The notes below the pieces were generated by a model. The model saw only the letters and a list, made by a program, of their open reading frames with translations, had not been told where the DNA came from and searched no databases. A stretch of DNA of 64,000 bases from an uncultured Actinomycetes bacterium (GTDB lineage Bacteria; Actinomycetota; UBA4738; HRBIN12): the NCBI GenBank assembly GCA_963713185.1, contig CAVQKV010000007.1, positions 18,537 through 82,536 of the forward strand. The letters are read 5' to 3'. The position numbers and the translations under genes were made by a program. The first letter of the stretch is position 1; each line of letters opens with the position of its first letter. This document shows, one piece after another, positions 47,539 to 57,611 of this stretch.

Positions 47539-50500
47539 CCGCCCTCGACGACGAGATCCGAACCCTCAAGGCGCGCGTCGCCGAGCTCGAGGCCCACGAG
47601 GCCGGCCGCGAGCGCGCCGAGAAGGTCCAGGACGCCCTGTACCGCATCGCCGAGACGGCCAGCGTCGCCCAGGACATGCAGGACTTCTACCGGAAGATCC
47701 ACGCGATCGTCGGCGAGCTGATGTACGCCGACAACTTCTACATCGCGCTCTACGACGACGAGCGCGACATGATCAACTTCCCGTACAACATCGACGAGGA
47801 TCCCGACCAGCCGGATCCGGATCTCTGGGAACCCCTCGGCAGCGGCTACGCCGCCGGAACGACCGCCCACCTGCTGCGGACCGGCCGGCCGATGTTGCTC
47901 ACGGCCAAGGACTGGAGACGGCTGGCCGCGCGGGGCGAGATCGTGCTCGTCGGCGAGGAAGCCGTGTCTTGGCTCGGCGTCCCGCTCCAGACCGAGGGCA
48001 AGACCCTCGGCGCCCTCGTCGTCCAGAGCTATCGGGAAGACCGTCGGTACACCGATGCGGACAAGGAACTGCTCACCTTCGTCGGCCAACACATCGCCTC
48101 TGCACTCGAGCGTACGCGCCTGATCGACGAGACTCGCCAGCGCAACGCCGAGCTCGCCCTCATCAACGACGTCCAGCGCGGCCTGGCGATGAACCTCGAC
48201 ATGCAGGCGATGTACGACCTGGTCGGCGACCGGCTCCGGGAGATCTTCGACGCGCAGGTCGTGGACATCGCCGTTCTGGACGAGGGGGCCGGCCTCCTCC
48301 GCTTCCCCTACACCATCGAGAAGGGCGTCCGGTTCCACGACGAGCCGATGGCCGTCTTCGGGTTCCGCAAGCACGTCCTGGAGACCCGAGAGCCGCTGCT
48401 CATCGAGGCCATCACGCCGGAGCTTCTGGCCGAATACGAACAGCCCGCCGTCATCTCGGGGGAGCCCGCCAAGTCCTCGGTCTTCGTGCCGTTGGCCGTC
48501 GGAGGCAGGGCTACCGGGGTGATCTCCCTTCAAAACGTCGACCGGGAGCACGCGTTCGGCGACGCGGACGTGCGTCTCCTCACGACGCTCGCAGGCAGCC
48601 TGAGTGTCGCGCTCGAGAACGCCCGGCTGTTCGAGGAGACACGGCAACGCAACGCCGAGCTCGCTCTCATCAACGACGTCCAGCGCGGCCTCGCGCAGAA
48701 CCTCGAGATGCAGGCGATGTACGACCTCGTCGGCGACCGGCTCCGCGACATCTTCGACGCGCAGGTCGTGAGCGTGGCCGTGCTCGACGAGTCGGGAACC
48801 CTCGTGCGGTTCCCCTACATCATCGAGAAAGGCGAGCGCTTCTTCGTCGAGCCGCAGGAGCCTGTCGGGTTCCGCAGGCACGTCCTCGAGGCGCGCGAGC
48901 CGCTCCTGTTCGAGGCCATCACGCCGGAGCTCCTCGAGGAATGGGATCAGCCCAGCGTTCTCGTGGGCGAGCAGCCGAAATCGTCGGTCTGGGTACCTCT
49001 GGTCGTCGGGGGCAGAGCAACAGGTGTCATCTCGTTGCAGAACGTCGAGAAGGAGCGTGCGTTCAACGAGGCCGACCAGCGGCTGTTGATGACGCTCGCG
49101 GGAAGCCTGAGCGTCGCGCTGGAGAACGCACGACTCTTCGAGGAAACCAAGCAGCGCAACGCCGAGCTCGCGCTCATCAACGACGTCCAGCGCAGCCTGG
49201 CCGAGAACCTCGATATGCACGCGATGTACGAGCTCGTCGGGGACCGCCTCCAGGAGATCTTCGACGCCCAGGTCGTCGACATCGGCGTGCTCGACCGTGA
49301 CGCGGGCAAACTTCGGTTCCCGTACTCGATCGAGCGCGGCGTCCGCTACCCGGACGAAGTGGTCGACACCGGCGGTCTGGGTGGCTACGTCATGCAGACG
49401 CGGCAGCCGCTCCTGATCAACGAGCGGGTCACCGAGAAGACGCTGGAGCTGCTGGGCGAGGCACCGCTGCCCATGGGTTCGGGCGAACCCGCGATGTCGG
49501 TGCTGTTCGTCCCGCTCATCGTGGGCGGCGAGGCCACCGGCCGGATCTCGCTGCAGAACCTCGACCACGAGCACGCGTTCAGCGAGGCGGACGTTCGCCT
49601 GCTCACCACGATCGCGGGAAGCCTGAGCGTCGCGCTCGAGAACGCCCGGCTGTTCGAGGAGACCCGTCAGCGCAACGCGGAGCTCGCCGTGATCAACGAC
49701 GTGCAGCGGAGCCTGGCCGAGAACCTCGACATCCAGGCGATGTACGACCTCGTCGGCGACCGCATCCGAGACATCTTCGACGCCCAGGCCGTCGACATCG
49801 GCGTGCTCGAGCGCGAGACGGGACTGATCTGGTTCCCGTACTCGATCACGCGCGGCGTTCGCGACCCGAAGGAGACGCTCGAACCCAGCGGCCTGACCAC
49901 TTACGTCATGCAGACGCGCGAACCCCTCCTGATCAACGAGGGACTCGACGATCGGGTCGCCGCGATCGGCGGCCCGATGGGGGTGCGCGCGGGCGGATCG
50001 CCGAAGTCGTTGCTGTTCGTCCCCTTGCAGGTAGGCGGCGAAGCGACCGGCCGGATCTCGCTCCAGAACCTGGATCGCGAACACGCGTTCAGCGAGGCGG
50101 ACGTTCGCTTGCTGACGACGATCGCCGGCAGCCTGAGCGTCGCGCTCGAGAACGCCCGCCTTTTCGACGAGACCCGGCAGCGCAACGCCGAGCTCGCGCT
50201 CATCAACGACGTGCAGAGCGGGCTGGCCGAGAACCTCGAGATGCAGGCCATGTACGACCTGGTCGGCGACCGCATCCGCGACATCTTCGACGCGCAGGTC
50301 ATCGCGATCGGCATCGTGAATCGGGACACCGGTCTGCTCGACAACCCGTACATGTTCGAGAAGGGCGCCCGTTACACGACCGAGCCGATGTCCATCGAAG
50401 GCGGGCCGACCAAATTCGTCCTCGACACCGGGGAGACGCTCGTCATCAACGAGCGGTTCACGGAGCGCGCCAACGAGCTCGGACCCGCGCCGAACTGGGG

Positions 50501-53500
50501 CGAGGGGGGTGATCCACTGTCGGCCGTCTACGTCCCTCTTGTCGTGGGAGGTAGGGCGATCGGCCGAATCACCCTGCAGAACATGGACCGCGAGAACGCG
50601 TTCACCGACGCAGACGTCAGCCTCCTGACCACGCTCGCCGGGAGCCTGAGCGTCGCGCTCGACAACGCGCGCCTGTTCGAAGAGACTCAGGCAGCGCAAC
50701 GCCGAGCTCGCGCTCATCAACGACGTCCAGAGCGGCCTCGCCGAGAACCTCGAGATGCAGGCGATGTACGACCTCGTCGGCGAGCGGATCGGGCAGATCT
50801 TCGACGCGCAGACCGTCGACATCGGGGTCGTGGACGAGGCCGGCGCTCAGATCTGGTTCCCGTACTCGATCGAGCGCGGAGTCCGACTGATCGACCATCC
50901 GATCGAGATCATGGGGTTCCGCAAGATCGCCCTAGAGACGCGAGAACCGGTCGTCGTCAACGAAGACATGGAGCGGCGATGTATCGCGGCCGGCAACCCG
51001 CTCGCGATCGCCGGAGAACCCTCGCGGTCGTCCCTCTTCGTCCCCATGCTGATCGGGAATCGAGGGACGGGGGTCATCTCGCTCCACAACCTCGATCGCG
51101 AACACGCGTTCAGCGAGGCCGACGTCAGGCTGCTCATGACGCTCGCCGGCAGCCTGAGCGTTGGGCTCGAGAATGCCCGGTTGTTCGAGGAAACGGGCCA
51201 GCGTGCGGCCGAGCTCGCGATCATCAACAACGTCGGCCAGGCGCTGGCCGAACAGCTCGAGCTCGACGCGTTGATCGAGCGCCTCGGCGATCAGCTCCGT
51301 GAGGTGTTCAGCGCCGACCTCGTCTACGTCGCCTTGCACGACACGGCGACCGACATGATCGACTTCGCTTACTACAGCGAGAACGGGGAGCGCGGCGAGA
51401 ACCCGTCGATGCGCTTCGGGGAGGGGCTCACGTCGAGGATCCTGCAGACGCGGGTGCCGTTGCTCCTCAATCGACCGGAGGCTTTCCAGGAGCTCGGTAT
51501 CCCGGTGGTGGGGACCCCGGCCAAGTCGTACTTGGGGGTCCCCATCATCGCCGGCACGGCTGCCATCGGCGTGATCAGCGTGCAGCACATCGAGCAGGCC
51601 GGACGCTTCACCGAGGCGGACACGCGGCTCCTGTCCACGATCGCCGCGAACGTCGGCGTCGCGATCCAGAACGCCCGCCTCTACGCAGAAACCGGGCGTC
51701 GGGCGAGCGAGATGGCGGCGCTCGCGGAGCTGGGACGCGAGATCGGCGCGCTCCTGGACCTCGAGCCGATCCTGGGCGAGATCGGCGACCGCGCCCGCGA
51801 TCTCCTCGACGCCGACACGAGCGCGGTCTTCCTGGAGCGTGAGGGCCGTTTCGTGCCGGTCGTGGCCCTCGGTGAGTTCGGTGAGGCCCTGATGAGCGAC
51901 ACGATCACGCCCGGCGAGGGGATCGTCGGCGACCTCGCGCTCCGCGGGACGGCGGAGGTCGTCAACGATGTCCGCGGGGACCCGCGCGGGGTCCAGATCC
52001 CTGGGGCGGAGTACGAGGACCTCGAGCGCCTGATGGCGGCTCCGCTCGTGGCGCGCGGCCGGGTCATCGGGGTGATGGCGGTCTGGCGCACGACGCGTGC
52101 CGCGAACCCGTTCACCGGGGAAGACCTCGACTTCCTCGTCGGGCTCTCCCAACAGGCGGCGATCGCGATCGAGAACGCCCGTCTGTTCCAGATGTCGAAG
52201 GAGGCCGAAGAGGGCTACCGCAAGCAGAAGCAGTACTTCGAATCGCTCGTCGAGATCAGCCCGGTCGCGGTGGTGACCATGGATCGCGATCAGACGGTCT
52301 CCGGCTGGAACCCCGCCGCGGCGCGGCTCTTCGGCTACTCGCCGGACGAGGCGATCGGTCGGACGATCGACTCCCTGATCGTCCCCGAGGATCTCGCGCA
52401 GGAAGGTGACGACATCGTGCGGGAGGCGACCGAGCGAGGCCGGGCACACCGGATGTCGAGACGGCACCGGAGCGACGGCCACCTCGTCGAGGTCGAGATC
52501 GACATCGTGCCGCTCGTCGTCGACGGCGAGCACCAGGGCTACTACGCCATCTACCACGACGTCACCGAGCTCCAGGAGGCGCGCAGGACGGCCGACGAGG
52601 CGAACGAGTCCAAGAGCGCTTTCCTCGCGACGATGAGCCACGAGATCCGTACGCCGATGAACGCGATCATCGGGATGAGCGGCCTTCTCGCGGAGACCGA
52701 GCTCGACGCGGAGCAGCGCGAGTACGCCTCGACCATCGCCCGTAGCGGCGAGGCCCTGCTCACGATCATCAACGACATCCTCGACTTCTCGAAGATCGAG
52801 GCCGGGCGGATGGACCTCGAACTCGCGCCGTTCGACGTCCGCGAATGCGTGGAGGCGGTCGTGGACCTGATCGGACCGATCGCGCAACGCAAGGGGATCG
52901 AGGTCACCTACGGGATCGAGCCCGAGACGCCGGAGACCGCGGTCGGCGACACGAGCCGGCTCCGCCAGATCCTGCTCAACCTGCTGAACAACGCCGTGAA
53001 GTTCACCGATGGGGGCGAGATCGCGGTCCACGTCGAGGCGGCGGAGGGGCCGTCCCCCGATCGCATCGCGTTCCACGTGAGCATCCGCGACACCGGGATC
53101 GGGATCCCACCTGATCGGATCGATCAGCTCTTCCGGTCGTTCACGCAGGTCGACGCCTCGACGAGCCGCCGGTACGGAGGTACCGGGCTCGGTCTCGCGA
53201 TCAGCCGGCGGCTTGCCGAGCTGATGGGCGGCACGGTCACGGCGGAGAGCAGCGGCGTCCCTGGGGAAGGCAGCACGTTCCACGTGACGTTCGAGGCGGG
53301 GGTGACCGACATGACGCCGACCGCGCTCCGGCGGGACGGATCGTACGCGGGGCGCCAGGCATTGATCGTGGACGACAACGCGACGAACCTCCTGCTGATG
53401 ACCGCGCTCCTGTCGGCCTGGGGCGTCGAGACGACGAGCGCGTCCTCGGGCAACGAGGCACTCGGCGCGATCGACGGAGGCGGGTTCGACGTCGCGATCC

Positions 53501-54528
53501 TGGACATGCTGATGCCCGGGATGGACGGGCTCGAGCTCGCGACGCGGCTGCACGAGCGCGCGCCGGGGCTACCGACGATCCTCGCCTCGTCGGTCCCGCG
53601 GCACGACGTGTCGAGCGATCCCCGGTGGGAGGGGGCCGGGATCGGTGCGATCATCGTCAAGCCGATCAAGGCCTCGGCCCTCCACGGCGCCCTCGCGATC
53701 GTCCTGGAGATAGAGCCCGGCGGGGAGGCGGCGCGAGAGGAGACCGCGGGAAGCCTCGACCCCGAGCTCGCCTCGCGGCACCCGCTCCGGATCGTCCTCG
53801 CCGAGGACAACGTCGTGAACCAGCGGCTCGCGCTCCGGCTGCTCGAGAAGATGGGCTACCGGGCCGACGTCGCGGCCAACGGGCTCGAGGCCGTCGAGGC
53901 GGTGGAGCGGCAGCACTACGACCTCGTCCTGATGGACGTGCAGATGCCGGAGATGGACGGGGTCGAGGCGACCCGCCACATCCTCGAGCGGTGGCCGGAC
54001 GGCGAGCGTCCCTGGATCGTCGCGATGACGGCCGAGGTGATGCGGGGCGACCGCGAGGGGTTCCTCGCCGCCGGGATGAACGACTACGTCGCGAAACCGA
54101 TCCGCCCGCAGGAGCTCGTGGCGGCGATCACCCGCACGCCAAGCAGGGAGCAGCCGGCTGGCGCGAGCGACCCGACCGAGAGGGCACCGGCGGTGGACGC
54201 CTCGGTCCTCGCCAGGCTTGCCGAGAGCATGGGCGGCGATGACGCCTTCGTGGCCGAGCTGATCGAGCAGTTCGTGACCGACTCGCCGGGGCTGGTCGAG
54301 ACCGCTCGCCACGGGCTCGAGGCCGGCGACGCGGACGAGGTCCGTCGGGCGGCGCACACCCTCAAGTCCAACGCCGCGACGTTCGGGGCGAACGAGCTCG
54401 CCGACCGCAGCAGCCGGCTCGAGGCCGCCGCGAAGGCGGGATCGCTCGGAGTCGGTATCGAACAGGTCGAGGCCATCGACGAAGAGCTCGCTCGGGTGCA
54501 CGCCGCGCTCCGGTCGAGCATCGCATAG
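47535..54528 (+). CDS. soluble multi-GAF hybrid sensor histidine kinase (coiled coil - 9 GAF - PAS - HisKA - HATPase - REC - REC - HPt), one frame break at ~50689
   Basis: ATG 47535 overlaps the upstream TGA. ORFs 47229..51302 and 50755..54528 join across a 1-nt insertion. H-box SHEIRTP (His codon 52639-52641). REC Asp sites [11 protein letters not shown] and [11 protein letters not shown]. HPt [11 protein letters not shown]. No TM segment. Confidence 0.85.
48138..51705 (+). repeat. array of seven tandem ~507-516 bp GAF-module repeats inside the hybrid kinase gene
   Basis: The seam motif cag/caa-cgc-aac-gcc-gag-ctc (QRNAEL) recurs at 48138, 48645, 49152, 49668, 50178, 50692 and, diverged, at 51199. 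Near-identical 40-mers such as ctgagcgtcgcgctcgagaacgcccggctgttcgaggagac recur at unit ends. Confidence 0.85.
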
Positions 54529-54719
54529 GTCAGCCACCTAACGAACGAGTGCCGCCGCCGGGGATGAGAAGGCTTCTACCGCCGCCCACCTGCGGTTCCG
54601 CGTCCTCCGGTCTTGACGAACCGATCGGGCCAGCGGGGTTCCGGCTGGGATCGAACGGGGAAAGCACTCCTTCTGAAGGCCGACGATCCAGGTCGATCTC
54701 GGCCCGGATCTGGACGACT

Positions 54720-54737
54720 CCTCGCAAGGATGCGAGG
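54720..54737 (+). other. 7-bp stem hairpin abutting the RBS of the downstream gene
   Basis: cctcgca-agga-tgcgagg, immediately followed by ggaaggagggg and ATG 54753. Its function is unknown. Confidence 0.3.
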
Positions 54738-54752
54738 GGAAGGAGGGGAAGC

Positions 54753-55271
54753 ATGGGTATCGAGCACGTATCGAAGATCGAGCCCTGCCTGTGGTTCGAC
54801 GACAAGGCGGAGGAGGCCGCCGACTACTACGTCTCCGTGTTCTCCACCCGGCGGGCGACCAGGTCCGACGGCGGCGAGTCCAAGATCCTCGGGGTCACGC
54901 GCTACGGTGACGCGGGGCCGGGCCCTGCGGGCACGGTGATGACCGTGGACTTCCTGCTCGAGGGGCAGGGGTTCGTCGCACTGAACGGCGGGCCAGAGTT
55001 CACCTTCTCGCCGGCCATCTCCTTCGTCGTGAACTGCGAGACGCAGGACGAGGTCGACGAGCTCTGGGAGGCCCTGTCCGAGGGTGGCTCCAAGGGCGAG
55101 TGCGGGTGGGTCGAGGACCGGTTCGGCGTGTCCTGGCAGATCGTGCCGAACGCCCTCGGCGACCTCCTGAGCGATCCCGATCCCGACCGCTCGCAGCGCG
55201 TGATGCGGGCGATGCTCGAGATGCGCAAGCTCGACATCGCAGAGCTCCAACGAGCGGCCGAGGCGGCCTAG
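54753..55271 (+). CDS. VOC-superfamily protein of the PhnB / 3-demethylubiquinone-9 3-methyltransferase-like family
   Basis: KIEPCLWFDDKAEEAADYYVSVF...FVALNGGPEFTFSPAISFVV.C..Q.EVD..W..L...G....CGWV.DRFGVSWQI is the typical family pattern. Confidence 0.8.
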   Translation: MGIEHVSKIEPCLWFDDKAEEAADYYVSVFSTRRATRSDGGESKILGVTRYGDAGPGPAGTVMTVDFLLEGQGFVALNGGPEFTFSPAISFVVNCETQDEVDELWEALSEGGSKGECGWVEDRFGVSWQIVPNALGDLLSDPDPDRSQRVMRAMLEMRKLDIAELQRAAEAA

Positions 55272-55283
55272 CGACCGCAGGCG

Positions 55284-56279
55284 TCAGCCGCTCGCGAACC
55301 GGTCGGTCGCTCGCACGATCTCCCGCTCGATCCCGGGTGCGCCCGCGCCGTGGCCGGCGTCGTCCACGACGACGAGCTCCGAGCCCGGCCACGCGCGGTG
55401 CACCGCCCACGCCGAGCCGAGCGGCGCCTGGAAGTCGAAGCGCCCTTGGATGAGCACCGCGGGGAGCCGGTCGAGAACGCCCAGCCCGCGGAGCAGCTGG
55501 TCCTCGGCGAGCCAGGCGTCGTGCCGCACGTAGTGCGTGACGAGGCGCGCGAACGCGAGCGCGAACCCCGGATCCTCGAACCGTTCGTCGAGGTCCGAGG
55601 TCGGAGGCCACGACGGCGTGGCGGACTCCCACAGGCACCACTCGTAGGCGGCGCGGGTTCGGACCTCCGGGTCCCGGTCGAACAGCATCCGTCCGTAGGC
55701 CTCGACGATATCGAGATCGCGGAGCTCGTCCGGCACCGCGTCCAGGAGTCGCTCCCACGGGTCGGGGAAGAATGCGCGGACGCCGCCGCGGAACAGCCAG
55801 TCGAACTCGGAGCGCCGCGCCGAGTTCACGCCCCACAGCACCATCCCGGTCACGCGGCTCGGATGCCGCTCGCCGTACGCGAGCGCGAGCGCGCTCCCCC
55901 ACGATCCGCCGGTCACCAGCCAGCACTCGATGCCGAGATGCTCGCGCACACGCTCGATATCGTCCACGAGGTTCGGGGTCGTGTTGTTCGACAGGTCGAT
56001 CTCGGGTTCACTCGCGTGCGGGGAGCTCCGGCCGCAGTTCCGCTGATCGAACAGGACGACCCGGTAGGCCTCGGGGTCGAACAGCCGCCGCTGCCACGAC
56101 GTGCATCCCGAACCAGGCCCGCCGTGCAACACGACCGCCGGCTTCCCGCCCGGGTCGCCGCACGTCTCCCAGTAGACGAGGTCGCCGCCGCCCACATCCA
56201 GCAGGCCATGGTCGTACGACTCGATCTCGGGGTACGGACGCGGCTGCGAGCGGTCCGGGATGGCGCCTCCTGACGACAT
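55284..56279 (-). CDS. pip: proline iminopeptidase (prolyl aminopeptidase)
   Basis: HGGPG oxyanion motif, DQRNCGRS, nucleophile elbow GGSWGS, and a C-terminal AGH. Confidence 0.85.
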   Translation of the reverse strand: MSSGGAIPDRSQPRPYPEIESYDHGLLDVGGGDLVYWETCGDPGGKPAVVLHGGPGSGCTSWQRRLFDPEAYRVVLFDQRNCGRSSPHASEPEIDLSNNTTPNLVDDIERVREHLGIECWLVTGGSWGSALALAYGERHPSRVTGMVLWGVNSARRSEFDWLFRGGVRAFFPDPWERLLDAVPDELRDLDIVEAYGRMLFDRDPEVRTRAAYEWCLWESATPSWPPTSDLDERFEDPGFALAFARLVTHYVRHDAWLAEDQLLRGLGVLDRLPAVLIQGRFDFQAPLGSAWAVHRAWPGSELVVVDDAGHGAGAPGIEREIVRATDRFASG

Positions 56280-56344
56280 CCGAAGACTGTGGCAGAACGG
56301 CGCCGGTGAACCCCAACGTCGACTCCGTGGGACGATCGGCGACC

Positions 56345-57080
56345 ATGAGCGGGATGCCGAGCGGCGACGAGTTGCTCCGACGTGCCGCCGCCAACTGCGC
56401 CGGCGCCTACCGGACGTGGATGGGACATCTGGGGAGCCCGACGAGGCTCAGGGACGAACTCTCGTGCGCCGATCGCCAGCCTTCGGTCGCCCTCCCGCCG
56501 AACAGCGCGACGCTCCTGCGGGCTCCCGGGCCGGACGGCGGCGGCGAGCTGCTCGAGCGGGCGGCGGCCTTCTTCGGCGAACGGTCGGGAGGCCGGTACG
56601 GCATCTGGAGCCTGTGGCCGATCCCGTCCTCGCCGACGCCGAGGGCCCGGGCCAACCCGTCCCCTGCATGATCCGCGATCCGGGCGGCTCGGCATCCCGC
56701 GCGCCGGACGAGCTCCGGATCGTCGAGGTGGCGGACGAGACAGGGGCGCGCCACGCCGCCACACTCATCGAAGAGGTGTTCGGCGCCCGTGCGTCGGGGC
56801 CGGCCCTGTCGCTCGAGTGCCTCGACCTGCACCCCCGCGCGTGGGTGGGCTACGTCGCGGAACGGCCGGTGACCACGGCAGCCGCCTACATCGACGAGAC
56901 GTTCGTCGGCGTCTACGCGGTGGCAACGGCCGCCGACTCCCGCGGGAACGGGTATGGGGAAGCGATCACCTGGGCGGCCACGCTCTGCCGCTGCCGGCCG
57001 CGTTCGCGAGCTCAACCGCCCCCGGAAGCCCGTCCACAGCCCGACGTCCGGCCCGCAGGATCGGGGTCGCCGGGCCCTGA
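56345..57080 (+). pseudogene. GNAT-family N-acetyltransferase-like gene with at least two frame breaks
   Basis: The N-terminus is in the frame of ORF 55772..56671 (MSGMPSGDELLRRAAANCAG...). Acetyl-CoA motif A (VGVYAVATAADSRGNGYGEAI) is in ORF 56260..57234. The C-terminus could not be reconstructed with confidence. Confidence 0.4.
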
Positions 57081-57137
57081 GCGCCGGACATCCCCCGAGC
57101 GACGCTGGCCGGGTCCAGGCCGAAGGAGGCGAGGACG

Positions 57138-57596
57138 ATGGCCGCTCAGGCTCCGACCAGCGGCACGAGGCTGCACGTTCGAGAGTCCCAGCAAGCCCCG
57201 ACCGGGCCGGCCCGCATCACGGGCAAGTACCTAAGCGTCATGAGCTTTCGGCGCGATGGCACGGGCGTGGCGACGCCGGTGTGGTTCGTCACGGAGGGCG
57301 ACCGCCTGCTCGCGATGACGGCGGTGGGATCGGGCAAGGTGAAGCGGATCCGACGCAACCCGTCCGTGAGGGTGGCCGCGTGCTCGGCCCGGGGCCGGCT
57401 CCACGGGGCGCCGATCCCGGCGCACGCCGAGCTCCTGCCGTCGACCGAGGTGGAGCGCGTGAAGCGACTGATGGGGCGGAAGTACCGGTTCGACCTGCTC
57501 TTCATCAGGCCGATCCGGGCGATCCAGTCGATGATGCATCCCGAGCGCAGGGACGAGCAGGCGACGATCGTCGCGATCACACCGACGTCGATCTGA
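57138..57596 (+). CDS. PPOX-class probable F420-dependent enzyme
   Basis: ATG follows GAAGGAGG. GKYLSVMSFRRDGTGVATPVWFV...KVKRIRRNPSVRVA is the typical split-barrel pattern. Confidence 0.75.
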   Translation: MAAQAPTSGTRLHVRESQQAPTGPARITGKYLSVMSFRRDGTGVATPVWFVTEGDRLLAMTAVGSGKVKRIRRNPSVRVAACSARGRLHGAPIPAHAELLPSTEVERVKRLMGRKYRFDLLFIRPIRAIQSMMHPERRDEQATIVAITPTSI

Positions 57597-57611
57597 AGCA
57601 GCGTTCGCTCA

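Noticed and set aside
50680-50700. Programmed ribosomal frameshift joining the two halves of the multi-GAF kinase
   Set aside because: There is no X-XXY-YYZ slippery heptamer and no obvious downstream stimulatory structure. The site differs from six paralogous seams by just one inserted base, so mutation or sequencing error is the simpler explanation.
47331-53553. Very long reverse-strand ORFs (47331..50822, 1163 aa; 50932..53553, 873 aa) antisense to the multi-GAF kinase gene
   Set aside because: Their translations are Arg/Asp/Gly/Pro/His-rich with no recognisable motifs. They mirror the forward gene, which has clear domain structure. These are typical shadow ORFs of a high-GC coding region.
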